Below, in pieces: positions 1 through 7,873 of a DNA stretch of 59,884 bases. Position numbers and translations under genes: made by a program. The notes under the pieces were generated by a model. It worked only from the letters and a program-made list of their open reading frames with translations, was not told where the DNA came from and made no database searches. The stretch lies in the NCBI GenBank assembly GCA_016212375.1, contig JACRGH010000010.1, positions 1 through 59,884 on the forward strand, given 5' to 3'. Within the stretch, counting starts at the first letter, position 1. Every line of letters begins with the position of its first letter. Origin of the DNA: Candidatus Micrarchaeota archaeon. GTDB taxonomy: Archaea > Micrarchaeota > Micrarchaeia > Norongarragalinales > Norongarragalinaceae.

Positions 1-2049
1 ATAATAATCGTCCATGCGGGGCGTACTTGGGACGCCAAGGCGGCTGTTTCCGATAAATGCACGAGCACCGTTCCGGATGAGATTGAAAACGACGTTTTCG
101 TCGGGCCATATTGGAAGGTTTTGATACGTTTTGTCGATTGCCGCGCTAAAACAGCCTCCATTCAGGATAAGAGGATTACCGTTTAGGGCAACCGTAGGCA
201 CAAGGTGGTAAAACAGCATTTTGTCCGGGGTCACCAGGGTTGAAAATAATTCGGTTCCAGACGCATGGACGGCGAAATTTATTATGCCCACATCGTTAGA
301 GGCCAATTTTGAATTATAACTTGCTGCGGACGGACAAGGAACAGCGGATTGCCGGGGATTTTTAAGGGATTCCGATTTTGTACAATATTGTGGTGGCTTC
401 ACGCAACCGGGATTCAGTTCGGTTATTTTTCGAAGGCGAAAATTGGGGAAACTTCCGCCAATTTCAGAGCATTCTCCGCCTAAAAAAGAGCGGGCTTGGG
501 GATCCATCAGACCGTTGGTGTCACAGGTAAATCTTATTTGTAGAATTTTTTGCCAAATCGCTGAAGAATCTGAATCAGGGGCGGACTCTGAAGGCTCCGG
601 TTTGGAACATAGGCCATTGGCACAGGAACCGTCATCGGAAGTTCCAGGATTCAGACACGCCATAAACGGAGCCCAATCCGATCCATGATCCTGCGCAACG
701 CCTGACTTTACAAACGCCCGATTTTTTGAGGATATCTCGCTTAATTGTTTGAATAACCGCTGCAACTCAGCCCGTTGGTCGGTTGTAAAACTACACCCGC
801 CGACCAAGTATCTTTTCGGAGTCACTTTTTTCCGCGCGTCCAAAGCATTTTGAATAAACCGTGAAGCCAATTCACTGCTTCCTTCTCGCGGACTTGGAAA
901 ACGGCTTACGGCAACGCGCGTGTACGAACGGGCCTGACATCCGTTTTCCAAGGCTGCATAGCACCAATCTGTTGGCACTGTGCCGTCCGAACTCATGAAT
1001 TTCAACATCGAGGACTTCCATTGTGCCGATTCTGTTTCCCGGATAAACGGAACTGGAATGACGGTTGAGCCGCCCAGGAGTACCAAGTATTTAGCACTTG
1101 ATTCTTTAACGGCGGCAAAAATGGGTTTTTGATATTCCAGATATTCGGTTTCCAACGTTTCAATAGACGGCATCAGAGTGGCAATGAACGGGTCAAAACG
1201 GAGGATGGATAATTTGGCGGATAAACCTAAGGGAGTCAGGTCATATGTTGAGTCGGTGTGAGCGCCCCCTGGCCCGTTCGTAAACTCATCTCGTATAGAT
1301 AGTGTCTTTTTTTCGCCGTTGATTGTCGCATGCAGATCGAAGAGCCGAAGAGTTTTTGAACCAACTACTTTTTTCTCAGGTTCTTTTGTTACGGGAGTCG
1401 AAACGCTCAACCAGACGTTTCGCCTGGGTCCGTCGGAAATTTGCGTAAGCGCATCCGAAATATCAATCCCGGTCTCGCCCTTTTTTCCCCGTACGATGAC
1501 GAGCGGTTTTATTGGCATTGGAAATTTTTTATTAGAATCTGACAAATCCAATAATCGGGCAGAAAGATGTTCTTTTTTCAGTTGGGTGAAATAATCCAGA
1601 AGCGTATGAGTAAGCTTGGTCTTTTGTTGAACCGTATCTTTGAATGCGTCCCGACGGGTTACCAAAAGAACGTCCGTTTTGCAACTCCTCATGACTTGGA
1701 CGCGTTTTTGGACTTGGGGATTGAACGTCTGGTAGGTGAATTCAACGGCCGGTTTTTCGGGTTTGTCCGAGCATCGTTGACATAGCGGATTGAACGTGAC
1801 GGGATAGGCTTTTTGTTTTCCGGCCGAACTGGATTCAGATTTGATTGGAAAATTCAAACAGGCGTAATCATTTGACCGCTCAAACGATCTAGTGGAATCG
1901 GATTCCTTGAATAAGGGGGCTTGGGAGTCAAAGGAAGAAATGACAAACGAATTACCGTCTTTTTCCGGGTTCCAGGATATGACGTCCCGTCCGGATTGGC
2001 TCGACGAAAAAACTGCATTGGCTAAAATGAAAAGAAAAAAGAAATGACT
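1..2049 (-). CDS. secreted clan-CD (gingipain/C25-like) cysteine peptidase domain protein; 3' end lies outside the window
   Basis: Uninterrupted reverse-strand frame (codons in register with position 1) from 2049 to the window edge. It is absent from the ORF track because it has no in-window stop. Signal-like N-terminus FFFLFILANAVFSS. His in IINFAVHASG and Cys in LILNGGCFSA lie about 37 aa apart and are followed by GARAFIGNS, which resembles the clan CD His/Cys dyad layout. Translated by eye. Confidence 0.55.
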
Positions 2050-2079
2050 TTATTCATTTGCCTTGGCCTCCAGACAAAC

Positions 2080-2343
2080 CTACTTGGCCCACCGATTGTA
2101 CAGATTCGCGAACCCGTATCCGCTGGCATAGGACAGGACCAACCATGCGACCAGGCCCAGAAGGACGCCGGCGATACTGAAAACGGCCGGCTGGAGGCTG
2201 ACGCCGTGGAACATGTTTTGACCCAGCATCATCGTCGGGCTTTGGAAGAGGTACAACGCCGCGGCGCAGAGGATGAACCAGAATCCGAATATGGCGGCTG
2301 ATGCCGAACCGATCGCATGCGCATCCAGTTTTTCAGATTTCAT
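2080..2343 (-). CDS. small two-TM membrane protein, unknown function
   Basis: 87-aa ORF with GAGGTGG 4 nt upstream of the ATG. Two hydrophobic helices. Same strand as the neighbouring envelope genes, and its stop is 22 nt from the ATG at 2055-2057. Confidence 0.6.
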   Translation of the reverse strand: MKSEKLDAHAIGSASAAIFGFWFILCAAALYLFQSPTMMLGQNMFHGVSLQPAVFSIAGVLLGLVAWLVLSYASGYGFANLYNRWAK

Positions 2344-2761
2344 TTACCCACCTCGATTTTCAATGCTTGACACAGCTGTTTTGGGACAATCTGTTTTTCG
2401 TAAAACGTTTTTTTTAAAACCGATTGCTTCAGCAATAAAAAAGATAACAGCGTTATCGTAGATATTCGTTTGCATAACGAGCTCATCACGTCCGCAGATT
2501 GGATGCGCCGCCAAAAACGGGCCTCAAAAAAAGCTTTCCGCTTGGAATGACGGCATCAAACCGCCTGACCCTTAACAACACCCGCCTTTTTTCGGTTTCT
2601 TCGGTCCGCCCATCGTTTGTTCCACCTCCGTTTTTTCAATGGCGCGCAATCAAATAACAGTGCCCTTCGGGTTCTTCCGGTTTTACCGTTTTCTTTTTTC
2701 ATTTTCTTTTTTCCGATTCCTGAAGTTTCTGTTTCAGCTGCCCCGACCGGTATTGAATCAA

Positions 2762-2902
2762 TTAATCAAAAAAGTGGTGTAACGCAAATCCGCCGGCAAA
2801 TAAGACCGCACCGAAAACCAAGTCATTCATCAGCAAAAAGACCAACGCGCCCGCTGCCATCAACGCCATATCTATATACATCACGCCTTCATGCCCGCGC
2901 AT
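2762..2902 (-). CDS. 46-aa mini membrane peptide with C-terminal His motif (ALHHFFD)
   Basis: Below the ORF-track size cutoff; translated by eye as MRGHEGVMYIDMALMAAGALVFLLMNDLVFGAVLFAGGFALHHFFD. Resembles the 3526-3660 peptide (LMAAG..L.....D.L.GG.L.AG...H). The start could instead be an internal Met. Confidence 0.4.
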   Translation of the reverse strand: MRGHEGVMYIDMALMAAGALVFLLMNDLVFGAVLFAGGFALHHFFD

Positions 2903-3081
2903 AACAAACAATACTCGCCTTTTTTCAGATTTTTAAGTCCTCGCATTCATTCCGTCTTCGTAAACCAGCACAAATCCGGAATTTTTTTCAGCCGTTTTGC
3001 TTATCGCGGAAATGTTGGAACGTTTAACTCGGTTTTCAATTTGGGCCAATAATCTGCTGTTTTTGGAGCTGGATAACCGCC

Positions 3082-3168
3082 TTACTTAGGCACCCCGTGC
3101 ATCACGACCCACATGCCGCCGAACGCAACGGCCATGCCGATCCAAAGTGCGGTATCTTTCCAATCCAT
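3082..3168 (-). CDS. 28-aa mini membrane peptide
   Basis: MDWKDTALWIGMAVAFGGMWVVMHGVPK, with GAGGTGG 6 nt upstream of the ATG. Same strand as the cluster. Too short for independent support. Confidence 0.3.
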   Translation of the reverse strand: MDWKDTALWIGMAVAFGGMWVVMHGVPK

Positions 3169-3287
3169 GTTTTTCCACCTCGAAAGCCATTGAACGCTAA
3201 TGGCCCTCGCTCATTTCGCGACCTTCTGCAAAGCCAACGCCAACGGAATACTCTGAAAACCAAGCCCCCGTTCTCGCCAATCGGGAA

Positions 3288-3515
3288 CTAATGGCACGAC
3301 TTTTTATCGTCTTTTCCATCCCCGCCCGTATGCGCCGCCATCATCAGCACGTGCGAGCCGATGCATAACACCAACGCCGCCGGCCACAACAGGGGACTAC
3401 GATAGCCCAACGCGTAAGCCGCGCCGATCACGATCCAGGGGCCGATGCACAACGCCATCATCAGCGCATGATTGTGCGTCAGCGATTCCCATGTTTTTTT
3501 CACGAATTCCAACAT
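3288..3515 (-). CDS. DUF2933-like small membrane protein (C-terminal HxxMMAAH...SCH)
   Basis: ORF-track 3288..3536 trimmed to the ATG at 3515, which has GAGGTG 6 nt upstream. Two TM helices, then CIGSHVLMMAAHTGGDG...SCH. This resembles small His-tailed proteins seen near metal-resistance genes. Confidence 0.6.
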   Translation of the reverse strand: MLEFVKKTWESLTHNHALMMALCIGPWIVIGAAYALGYRSPLLWPAALVLCIGSHVLMMAAHTGGDGKDDKKSCH

Positions 3516-3525
3516 ACAATGCACC

Positions 3526-3660
3526 TCAATGACCAACGGAAAAATGCATCAGGATGCCTGCGGCCAAAAGACCGCCGCCAATCAGGAAATCACCCAATGC
3601 CATGACCAAAATACCGGCGGCCATCAGCCCATAGCAAAGATAACCCAACAACTTGCTCAA
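3526..3660 (-). CDS. 44-aa mini membrane peptide, resembles 2762-2902
   Basis: The TTG start overlaps the TGA stop of the upstream gene (TTGA). Translation: SKLLGYLCYGLMAAGILVMALGDFLIGGGLLAAGILMHFSVGH. Translated by eye. Confidence 0.4.
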   Translation of the reverse strand: MSKLLGYLCYGLMAAGILVMALGDFLIGGGLLAAGILMHFSVGH

Positions 3661-3971
3661 CCGCTGGTCAGTTCCTGAGCCGTCTTTCCGGTGGCTTGTT
3701 TTAAAAGAGCCGGGTCAATTTTACCATAACAACTGCCATAGCGGTCCGGGTGGTGCGACAGGTGCTGGATGTTGGAAATGTCATTCAAATCCCCGCAATC
3801 ACTGCCCGCGGTAGCCGCCTGTTGCTGGAATAATTGCTGGTTTTGGCCCGATTGGATGACGTTGCCATAGGCATCCTTTTGGACCCCGGTTGGAGTTGGC
3901 GAATATATGAAAAAGGCGAATGCCAGGACCAATACGACGACGAACACGAACGCATATTCCAGATTTTTCAT
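3657..3971 (-). CDS. membrane-anchored extracytoplasmic protein with two Cys and an HLSHHP motif, unknown function
   Basis: 104-aa ORF with an N-terminal TM helix (AFVFVVVLVLAFAFFIY), a Q-rich linker, then CGDLNDISNIQHLSHHPDRYGSCYG. Lies in an operon with the neighbouring genes. Confidence 0.65.
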   Translation of the reverse strand: MKNLEYAFVFVVVLVLAFAFFIYSPTPTGVQKDAYGNVIQSGQNQQLFQQQAATAGSDCGDLNDISNIQHLSHHPDRYGSCYGKIDPALLKQATGKTAQELTSG

Positions 3972-3980
3972 TTTATCACC

Positions 3981-4679
3981 TCAACGCAACGACTTGACCC
4001 AAAGCGAACCTGCGAAGGCCAAGAACAGCGCGGCCGCGGACACCAAGTAAAACGGAAGCCACGCTTTGAGTGGGAATGCCATCACGCCGTCCAAAAAGCC
4101 GTCCGTCTTAAGATGCGAATCCTGGTAGCAGGACAGCATGTACCAAAGCCCGCCGATGTTGCTCAAAACACCCAACAAAAGAAAACTGTCCTGGTAGTAG
4201 GATAGGAACGAGGCGGCAGCCGCCAATCCGAAAGCCGGCAGTACATCGGCCACATGGTGGGCGCAGCAGGCGGCCATGGAAAATGCGGAGGTGCCACCGG
4301 ATGCGGCCACTCCGCCTGAATCGGCTTGCCCATGTAACCGCCGCAACCGGAAGAACAACTGGACCTGCAAGCCCAATCCGATGGAAAGGATGGCCATCCA
4401 GCCGGTCAATGAGGCGGTTTGGCGCAACGCATGGCTAAAGCCACCGATGGCCGTCAGCAAAATCAGGTAGAAACCTGGCAAAACGGCGGCGGCCAAGATG
4501 CCGGCTTCCACGTCGTGTTTTTCCAGGTACAGGATGGCGGCTTGGAAATGACGGATAGCAACGGTTTTGAAGCCATTTTGTGCGGATTTTCGGTCCAAGA
4601 GCAAGGAAGACCGGACCTCCTTTGATTTGGGCGCACGGAAGGCCGGTATTTGCGTCTTAAGGAAGGGTCTTTTTTTCAT
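3981..4679 (-). CDS. multi-pass membrane protein with intramembrane MAACCAHH motif, unknown function
   Basis: 232-aa ORF with about 5 hydrophobic segments. Its start overlaps the ccdA-like stop by 4 nt. The adjacent Cys-Cys-x-His-His in a TM segment suggests metal or thiol chemistry. Confidence 0.75.
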   Translation of the reverse strand: MKKRPFLKTQIPAFRAPKSKEVRSSLLLDRKSAQNGFKTVAIRHFQAAILYLEKHDVEAGILAAAVLPGFYLILLTAIGGFSHALRQTASLTGWMAILSIGLGLQVQLFFRLRRLHGQADSGGVAASGGTSAFSMAACCAHHVADVLPAFGLAAAASFLSYYQDSFLLLGVLSNIGGLWYMLSCYQDSHLKTDGFLDGVMAFPLKAWLPFYLVSAAALFLAFAGSLWVKSLR

Positions 4680-5356
4680 TTCAGCACCGAATACAAAATA
4701 AATGCCGACAGGGCGATGGCGGCTCCGCCGAGGAGGAATTTGAAATTCTTGCGGTTGTCGTGTTCCAGGGTTTCCAATTTTTCCAGGACTTTTTCATTCG
4801 ACGCGAACAAAAGCGTCAGGATCAAGGGCATGACGAAAAAGACATTGTAAAGCACCAAAAATCCGACGCCTTCCAAAAACGTCGCTTTGACCGTCAGAAA
4901 GCCCAAAACGGCCAAATAGATGCCGCCGGCGCAGGGAAACGCGCAAAGTCCGACCAGGATGCCGGCGAGCAGGGCGGCGGGAAACGTGGCTTTTTGGATG
5001 GCGTCGTTAATCCATGGTTTGCTCATTTTGGGGATGACCAGCGTTTCGGTGCCGCGGATGCCGTCCAGGATGCTGATCAGTCCGATGACAATCAAAAGTA
5101 AGGAGCCGAAGATGGCAAAAAAGTGTCCCGGAAACAGGGAAATGGCTTTGAGGATGCCAAGACCTATCAGGAAATAGGTGAGAAAGACGCCGGCGATGTA
5201 CGCGCCTCCGATGAGCAAAATATTGGTTTTGGAGCGCTTGATGGACAAAAGGAAGGCGATGAAAAACAATAGGACGGCAAATCCGCAAGGGTGTATGCCG
5301 TCCAAAAAGCCGGACGTGGTTACCAACGCCGCCAATTCCGCAAAGTTTGCCGTCAT
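4676..5356 (-). CDS. ccdA: CcdA/DsbD-family transmembrane thiol:disulfide electron transporter
   Basis: 226 aa, about 6 TM helices. Two conserved membrane-embedded Cys in Pro-Cys contexts (GIHPCGF and CAFPCAGGIY), typical of the CcdA/DsbD core. Confidence 0.85.
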   Translation of the reverse strand: MTANFAELAALVTTSGFLDGIHPCGFAVLLFFIAFLLSIKRSKTNILLIGGAYIAGVFLTYFLIGLGILKAISLFPGHFFAIFGSLLLIVIGLISILDGIRGTETLVIPKMSKPWINDAIQKATFPAALLAGILVGLCAFPCAGGIYLAVLGFLTVKATFLEGVGFLVLYNVFFVMPLILTLLFASNEKVLEKLETLEHDNRKNFKFLLGGAAIALSAFILYSVLK

Positions 5357-5380
5357 GTCTGAATCACCGCAGGTTCTTGC

Positions 5381-5935
5381 TCATTTTTTTAGCCCCAAAA
5401 ACATCAAACCCCCCGTTGCCGCAATCAGCAAAGCGGGAATGGCGTATTTGGCGTAATCTTGCCCCGGCGCGGCTACGGGTTGCCCCCAGCGCGAATACAC
5501 TTGGCGTTGACCTTGAGATAACGTCTCATAAGACGTAATCCCGGCCTCCATCGAATCCTGATAGACGACCAACGGCCGGCCGGGTTTCGGCTCATTTAGA
5601 AAACCTTGGACCGCCTCCAGAGGAACGTGGCCTTCCAGCACGTATTGACCGTCCAGAAGGGCGATCATATGTCCCTGCATATCCAACGGAACGCCGAACT
5701 TTTGCTGAAGTTGGGCGACCTCTTGGCGTTTTTGCGGATCATTGATGTAATCACTCATCCGGATTTGATCCGCAGAAATGCCATTTTTTTCCATCAAAAC
5801 GAAAAATTCCTTCAAATACAGCTCACAGTGGTTGCACGCGTCGTTCTTGTAGATGACCACGCGCGGCGATGCGGCATTGACCATAGGCAACAACAAGACG
5901 GCTAACAACAACCAAACCTTCGGATAAGCGTTCAT
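5381..5935 (-). CDS. CopG/DUF411-like metal-binding protein with signal peptide and C-terminal TM anchor
   Basis: VVIYKNDACNHCELYL ... KFGVPLDMQGHMIALLDGQYVLEGHVPLEAVQGFLNEPKP aligns by eye with the DUF411 pattern (YK.P.CGCC ... G.P...SCHT..V.GY..EGHVP......L). The Cys motifs are altered (CNHC and QGH). GAGGTGA lies upstream of the start. Confidence 0.65.
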   Translation of the reverse strand: MNAYPKVWLLLAVLLLPMVNAASPRVVIYKNDACNHCELYLKEFFVLMEKNGISADQIRMSDYINDPQKRQEVAQLQQKFGVPLDMQGHMIALLDGQYVLEGHVPLEAVQGFLNEPKPGRPLVVYQDSMEAGITSYETLSQGQRQVYSRWGQPVAAPGQDYAKYAIPALLIAATGGLMFLGLKK

Positions 5936-5964
5936 GCGTCAATCACCTCTACATCATATATCCG

Positions 5965-6018
5965 GGATTCCGGCCGCTCCAATGGCCAGAGGGGGACCGG
6001 CATATTCAGCCGGAATCC
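5965..6018. promoter_or_regulatory. 10-bp perfect inverted repeat (GGATTCCGGC / GCCGGAATCC) with a 34-nt spacer, between the tail-family genes and the CopG-like gene
   Basis: Arms at 5965-5974 and 6009-6018, checked by eye. Located in the 140-nt gap inside an otherwise tightly packed same-strand gene run. Confidence 0.3.
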
Positions 6019-6075
6019 TCGGATGGTTTTTTTCCGTACATACTGGAGTTTGATTTGGGGCGGGACTAAAGTGCC

Positions 6076-6300
6076 TCAACACCCTCCGACTTGGTTGGGC
6101 AAGCCGTTCAAACCGCCGCCTTGTCCGGCTTGCGCCGGAACCTGTGCTGCGACCGGTTGGGCCGCGATGGACGCCGGATTGTACGAGCCCGGGTTGGTTT
6201 TGGCCAAATCCGACTTGAGACCATTGAGTTCAAAGGCCTGGAACACGGATGCAGCCAGAAGCATCACCAACAAGGCGCTTAACAGGATGTTTTGGTCCAT
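6076..6300 (-). CDS. 74-aa membrane-anchored protein ending in PNQVGGC (tail family member 1)
   Basis: ORF-track 6076..6753 trimmed to the ATG at 6300, which has GGAGG 8 nt upstream. N-terminal TM helix, SVFQAFELNGLKS, an A/Q/P/G-rich linker, then the C-terminus GLPNQVGGC-stop. Confidence 0.7.
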   Translation of the reverse strand: MDQNILLSALLVMLLAASVFQAFELNGLKSDLAKTNPGSYNPASIAAQPVAAQVPAQAGQGGGLNGLPNQVGGC

Positions 6301-6365
6301 ACGATTATCCTCCTTTTTCATTCGGTTTCCGTTTGGTTCCGGCTTATCATACCAACGGCGCGCGT

Positions 6366-6659
6366 TTAGCAGCCGCCGACTTGGTTCGGCACGTTGGCCA
6401 ATTGGCCTCCGCCCAACGCGTTGCTGGCGGCTTGTTGTTGGACGAATTGGCCCGGATGCATGCGCGCCATCATCTGTTCGTAGGTTTCCGCACCGCCGCC
6501 GGATATGCTCCGGACAGGCGCCGAGGCGAACGATACGCCCGAAGTTTTGGCAGCCATTTGGCTTTTGAGACCGGTCAGCTCGAACGCCTGAAATACCGAA
6601 GTGACCAGCAACAGCGCCATCAGACCGGATAAAATCACGTAGTTGTCCATTGGTTTCAT
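6366..6659 (-). CDS. 97-aa membrane-anchored protein ending in PNQVGGC (tail family member 2)
   Basis: N-terminal TM helix, SVFQAFELTGLKS, a Met/His patch (YEQMMARMHPGQF), then the C-terminus NVPNQVGGC-stop. An alternative ATG lies at 6650. The ATG at 6659 overlaps the stop of the 54-aa ORF (ATGA). Confidence 0.7.
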   Translation of the reverse strand: MKPMDNYVILSGLMALLLVTSVFQAFELTGLKSQMAAKTSGVSFASAPVRSISGGGAETYEQMMARMHPGQFVQQQAASNALGGGQLANVPNQVGGC

Positions 6660-6820
6660 CGTCCTCCGTTTGTTTTTTTAAGGGTCGCCGTGTTTTTGGC
6701 ATTTTTTGGCGCTTCGATGGCGCAGGTGCCTTGTTGGCGCGGTTTGCAATCAAAACAATACTCCGACGTGTCCCCGCAGCAGGACAAATACGGTTTTTGA
6801 CATTTTTTGCATCGTTGCAT
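6656..6820 (-). CDS. 54-aa Cys-rich zinc-ribbon-like protein (unannotated micro-ORF)
   Basis: Translated by eye: MQRCKKCQKPYLSCCGDTSEYCFDCKPRQQGTCAIEAPKNAKNTATLKKTNGGR. Pattern CxxC-x6-CC-x6-CxxC-x7-C. GGAGG lies upstream, and its TGA overlaps the ATG of the next gene. Below the ORF-track size cutoff. Confidence 0.45.
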   Translation of the reverse strand: MQRCKKCQKPYLSCCGDTSEYCFDCKPRQQGTCAIEAPKNAKNTATLKKTNGGR

Positions 6821-6861
6821 ATGTTTTCAAAACCTCCAGTTCTGGTTCATTTTCGTTGAAT

Positions 6862-7722
6862 TCAGCAGCCGCCGACTTGGTTGGGAATACCGGCCGGTCC
6901 CGAAGCCGAGCTTTGTGCAGCGGCAGCGGTTTTTTCAAATCCGCGGTACTTGTTCGACGTCAGGTCGATGATGTTGAGGGGTTTGCCGGCGGCTTCGAAG
7001 GCCAACGCCTTGGTCAGCATGGGTTTGGGGAAGAACAGCACCTTCCATTTGCCCAATTCTTCCAGGATTTGGTCGTCCGTGTACTCGCCGCCGTGTTTGG
7101 TGACCAGATATTTGGCAAGACCCCGCATGACATACGAGTGTTGGCAGCCGCATGCCGCCTGACCGTTGGCAAAAACGATGGACTCCGCGCCGCAACAGTA
7201 CTCACATGAGATTTGGAGCGTGATTTTGGTGTATCTGGCGAGTTGTTCCGGGTTCAGCGTGGTGCCGTCATCCAAGGGGGATAAAACGGCCATGGCTGAA
7301 ACCGGGTCGTCGTAGGATATGCGAAGTTCGGGTCCGTAAATGGCCGGAATGCCTTTGGACATGACTTTGGCGGACAACGCCTGCAATTGGGCTGAGGTTC
7401 CGGCGTTGGCATTGGTGGATGACAACGTGTTGGAAGGCGTATTGGTTTGGGTGGCAAAGGAAGCCGCCGAAGAGGCAACGCCGGCGTATTGGGCCGCGAC
7501 TTTGATGTCCGTGATTTGCAGTTGGTTGTAAGCCGTCAGTGCGACGACCAGGCCGATAAGGATGAACAGGATCCAGGTGGTTTGGGAGGGTTGCTCCGGA
7601 TTGGCACGATCGGATTCAGGGTCATGACCAGGGCCCGCGTGCGTAGAGGGGTGGGCGTCCGATGATGAGTGGATTGGACGCGCGTGCGGATTATCGTGCG
7701 AATGTTCTTTCAAATCAAACAC
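6862..7722 (-). CDS. 286-aa membrane protein with His-rich N-tail and Cys cluster, ending in PNQVGGC (tail family member 3)
   Basis: His-rich cytoplasmic tail (HSHDNPHARPIHSSSDAHPSTHAGPGHD), one TM helix, TAYNQLQITDIKV, a Cys cluster ISCEYCCGAES...ACGCQHS (reminiscent of PCYCGC-type domains), then the C-terminus GIPNQVGGC-stop. The GTG at 7722 is part of a GAGGTG, so the TTG at 7713 may be the real start. Confidence 0.8.
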   Translation of the reverse strand: MFDLKEHSHDNPHARPIHSSSDAHPSTHAGPGHDPESDRANPEQPSQTTWILFILIGLVVALTAYNQLQITDIKVAAQYAGVASSAASFATQTNTPSNTLSSTNANAGTSAQLQALSAKVMSKGIPAIYGPELRISYDDPVSAMAVLSPLDDGTTLNPEQLARYTKITLQISCEYCCGAESIVFANGQAACGCQHSYVMRGLAKYLVTKHGGEYTDDQILEELGKWKVLFFPKPMLTKALAFEAAGKPLNIIDLTSNKYRGFEKTAAAAQSSASGPAGIPNQVGGC

Positions 7723-7746
7723 CTCTCGAAATGCTTTACTAACTGT

Positions 7747-7753
7747 GTAACGC
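7747..7753. promoter_or_regulatory. GTAACGC heptamer between a TATA-like element and the start of the 7722 operon (candidate operator half-site)
   Basis: The same heptamer recurs at 9053-9059 and 9105-9111 in the divergent promoter region of the BlaI-like gene. A TGTAAC also occurs at 7781-7786. Support is statistically weak. Confidence 0.2.
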
Positions 7754-7873
7754 TCCTACTTATTAAAGCTTTGCAATGATTGTAACACTTTGGACCGGCA
7801 CACGCCATAAGGCCCAACTCGTTGCACGCCCAAGCCCACGTTTGCATCCATATTCGCCATTTGAAGTCCCCCA

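Noticed and set aside
6301-6753. N-terminal 151 residues of ORF-track entry 6076..6753 (225 aa)
   Set aside because: The extension overlaps the 97-aa gene in another frame and is Arg/Pro/Gly-rich. An internal ATG at 6300 with GGAGG 8 nt upstream gives a product that parallels its 97-aa neighbour.
6076-7722. Reading the VGGC tails as ubiquitin-like/SAMP di-glycine tails carrying one extra residue
   Set aside because: All carriers have an N-terminal TM helix and disordered or Cys-rich ectodomains rather than a soluble beta-grasp fold. No E1-like gene is nearby.
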